A stretch of 64,000 bases of DNA. It comes from the human T2T-CHM13v2.0 reference genome, Homo sapiens. The position numbers and the translations under genes are program-made. The stretch lies in NCBI RefSeq assembly GCF_009914755.1, contig NC_060947.1, one strand, 5' to 3'. Of this stretch, positions 63,943 through 64,000 are shown one piece after another. Numbering within the stretch: position 1 is the stretch's first letter; each line of letters opens with the position of its first letter. Below the pieces are notes generated by a model, which saw only the letters and a program-made list of their open reading frames with translations, did not search any database and was not told the DNA's origin.

Positions 63943-64000
63943 GGAAGCTTTGAAAACCACGTTTGCCAGGGCTCTACTCTCCAAGTTTTCAATGTACTTG

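Overview
Human (primate) genomic DNA, not microbial: no operons, CRISPR arrays, rRNA or tRNA genes are visible. The only well-supported coding sequence is exon 1 of CD99L2 on the minus strand (56157-56223). It encodes MVAWRSAFLVCLAFSLATLVQR-G, with a strong Kozak context and a phase-1 GT donor, inside a CpG-island promoter (~55900-57330). Bases 1-56156 are therefore mostly or entirely the long first intron; I found no exon 2 (GSGDFDDFNLEDA...) by eye. Bases ~56400-64000 are upstream sequence. The intron is dense with transposon relics: about 39 Alu/FLAM pieces (about 34 on the + strand), a decayed ~5-kb L1M, many L1M/L2/MIR fragments, MaLR solo LTRs (MLT1, MSTA, THE1) and hAT/Tigger MITEs. Almost all ORFs in the supplied track are Alu-, L1- or GC-artefacts. 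The most unusual observations are: two tiny TSD-flanked poly(A) retro-inserts sharing an LTR R-region-like core, one a two-hairpin structured RNA; a zero-spacer inverted Alu pair; a young internal L1PA patch fused to an old L1; a probable L1 3' transduction; a spaced ~147-bp duplication upstream of the promoter; and an exon-like CpG-retaining segment on the divergent strand. Repeat subfamily calls are from memory of consensus sequences and need RepeatMasker/Dfam confirmation.
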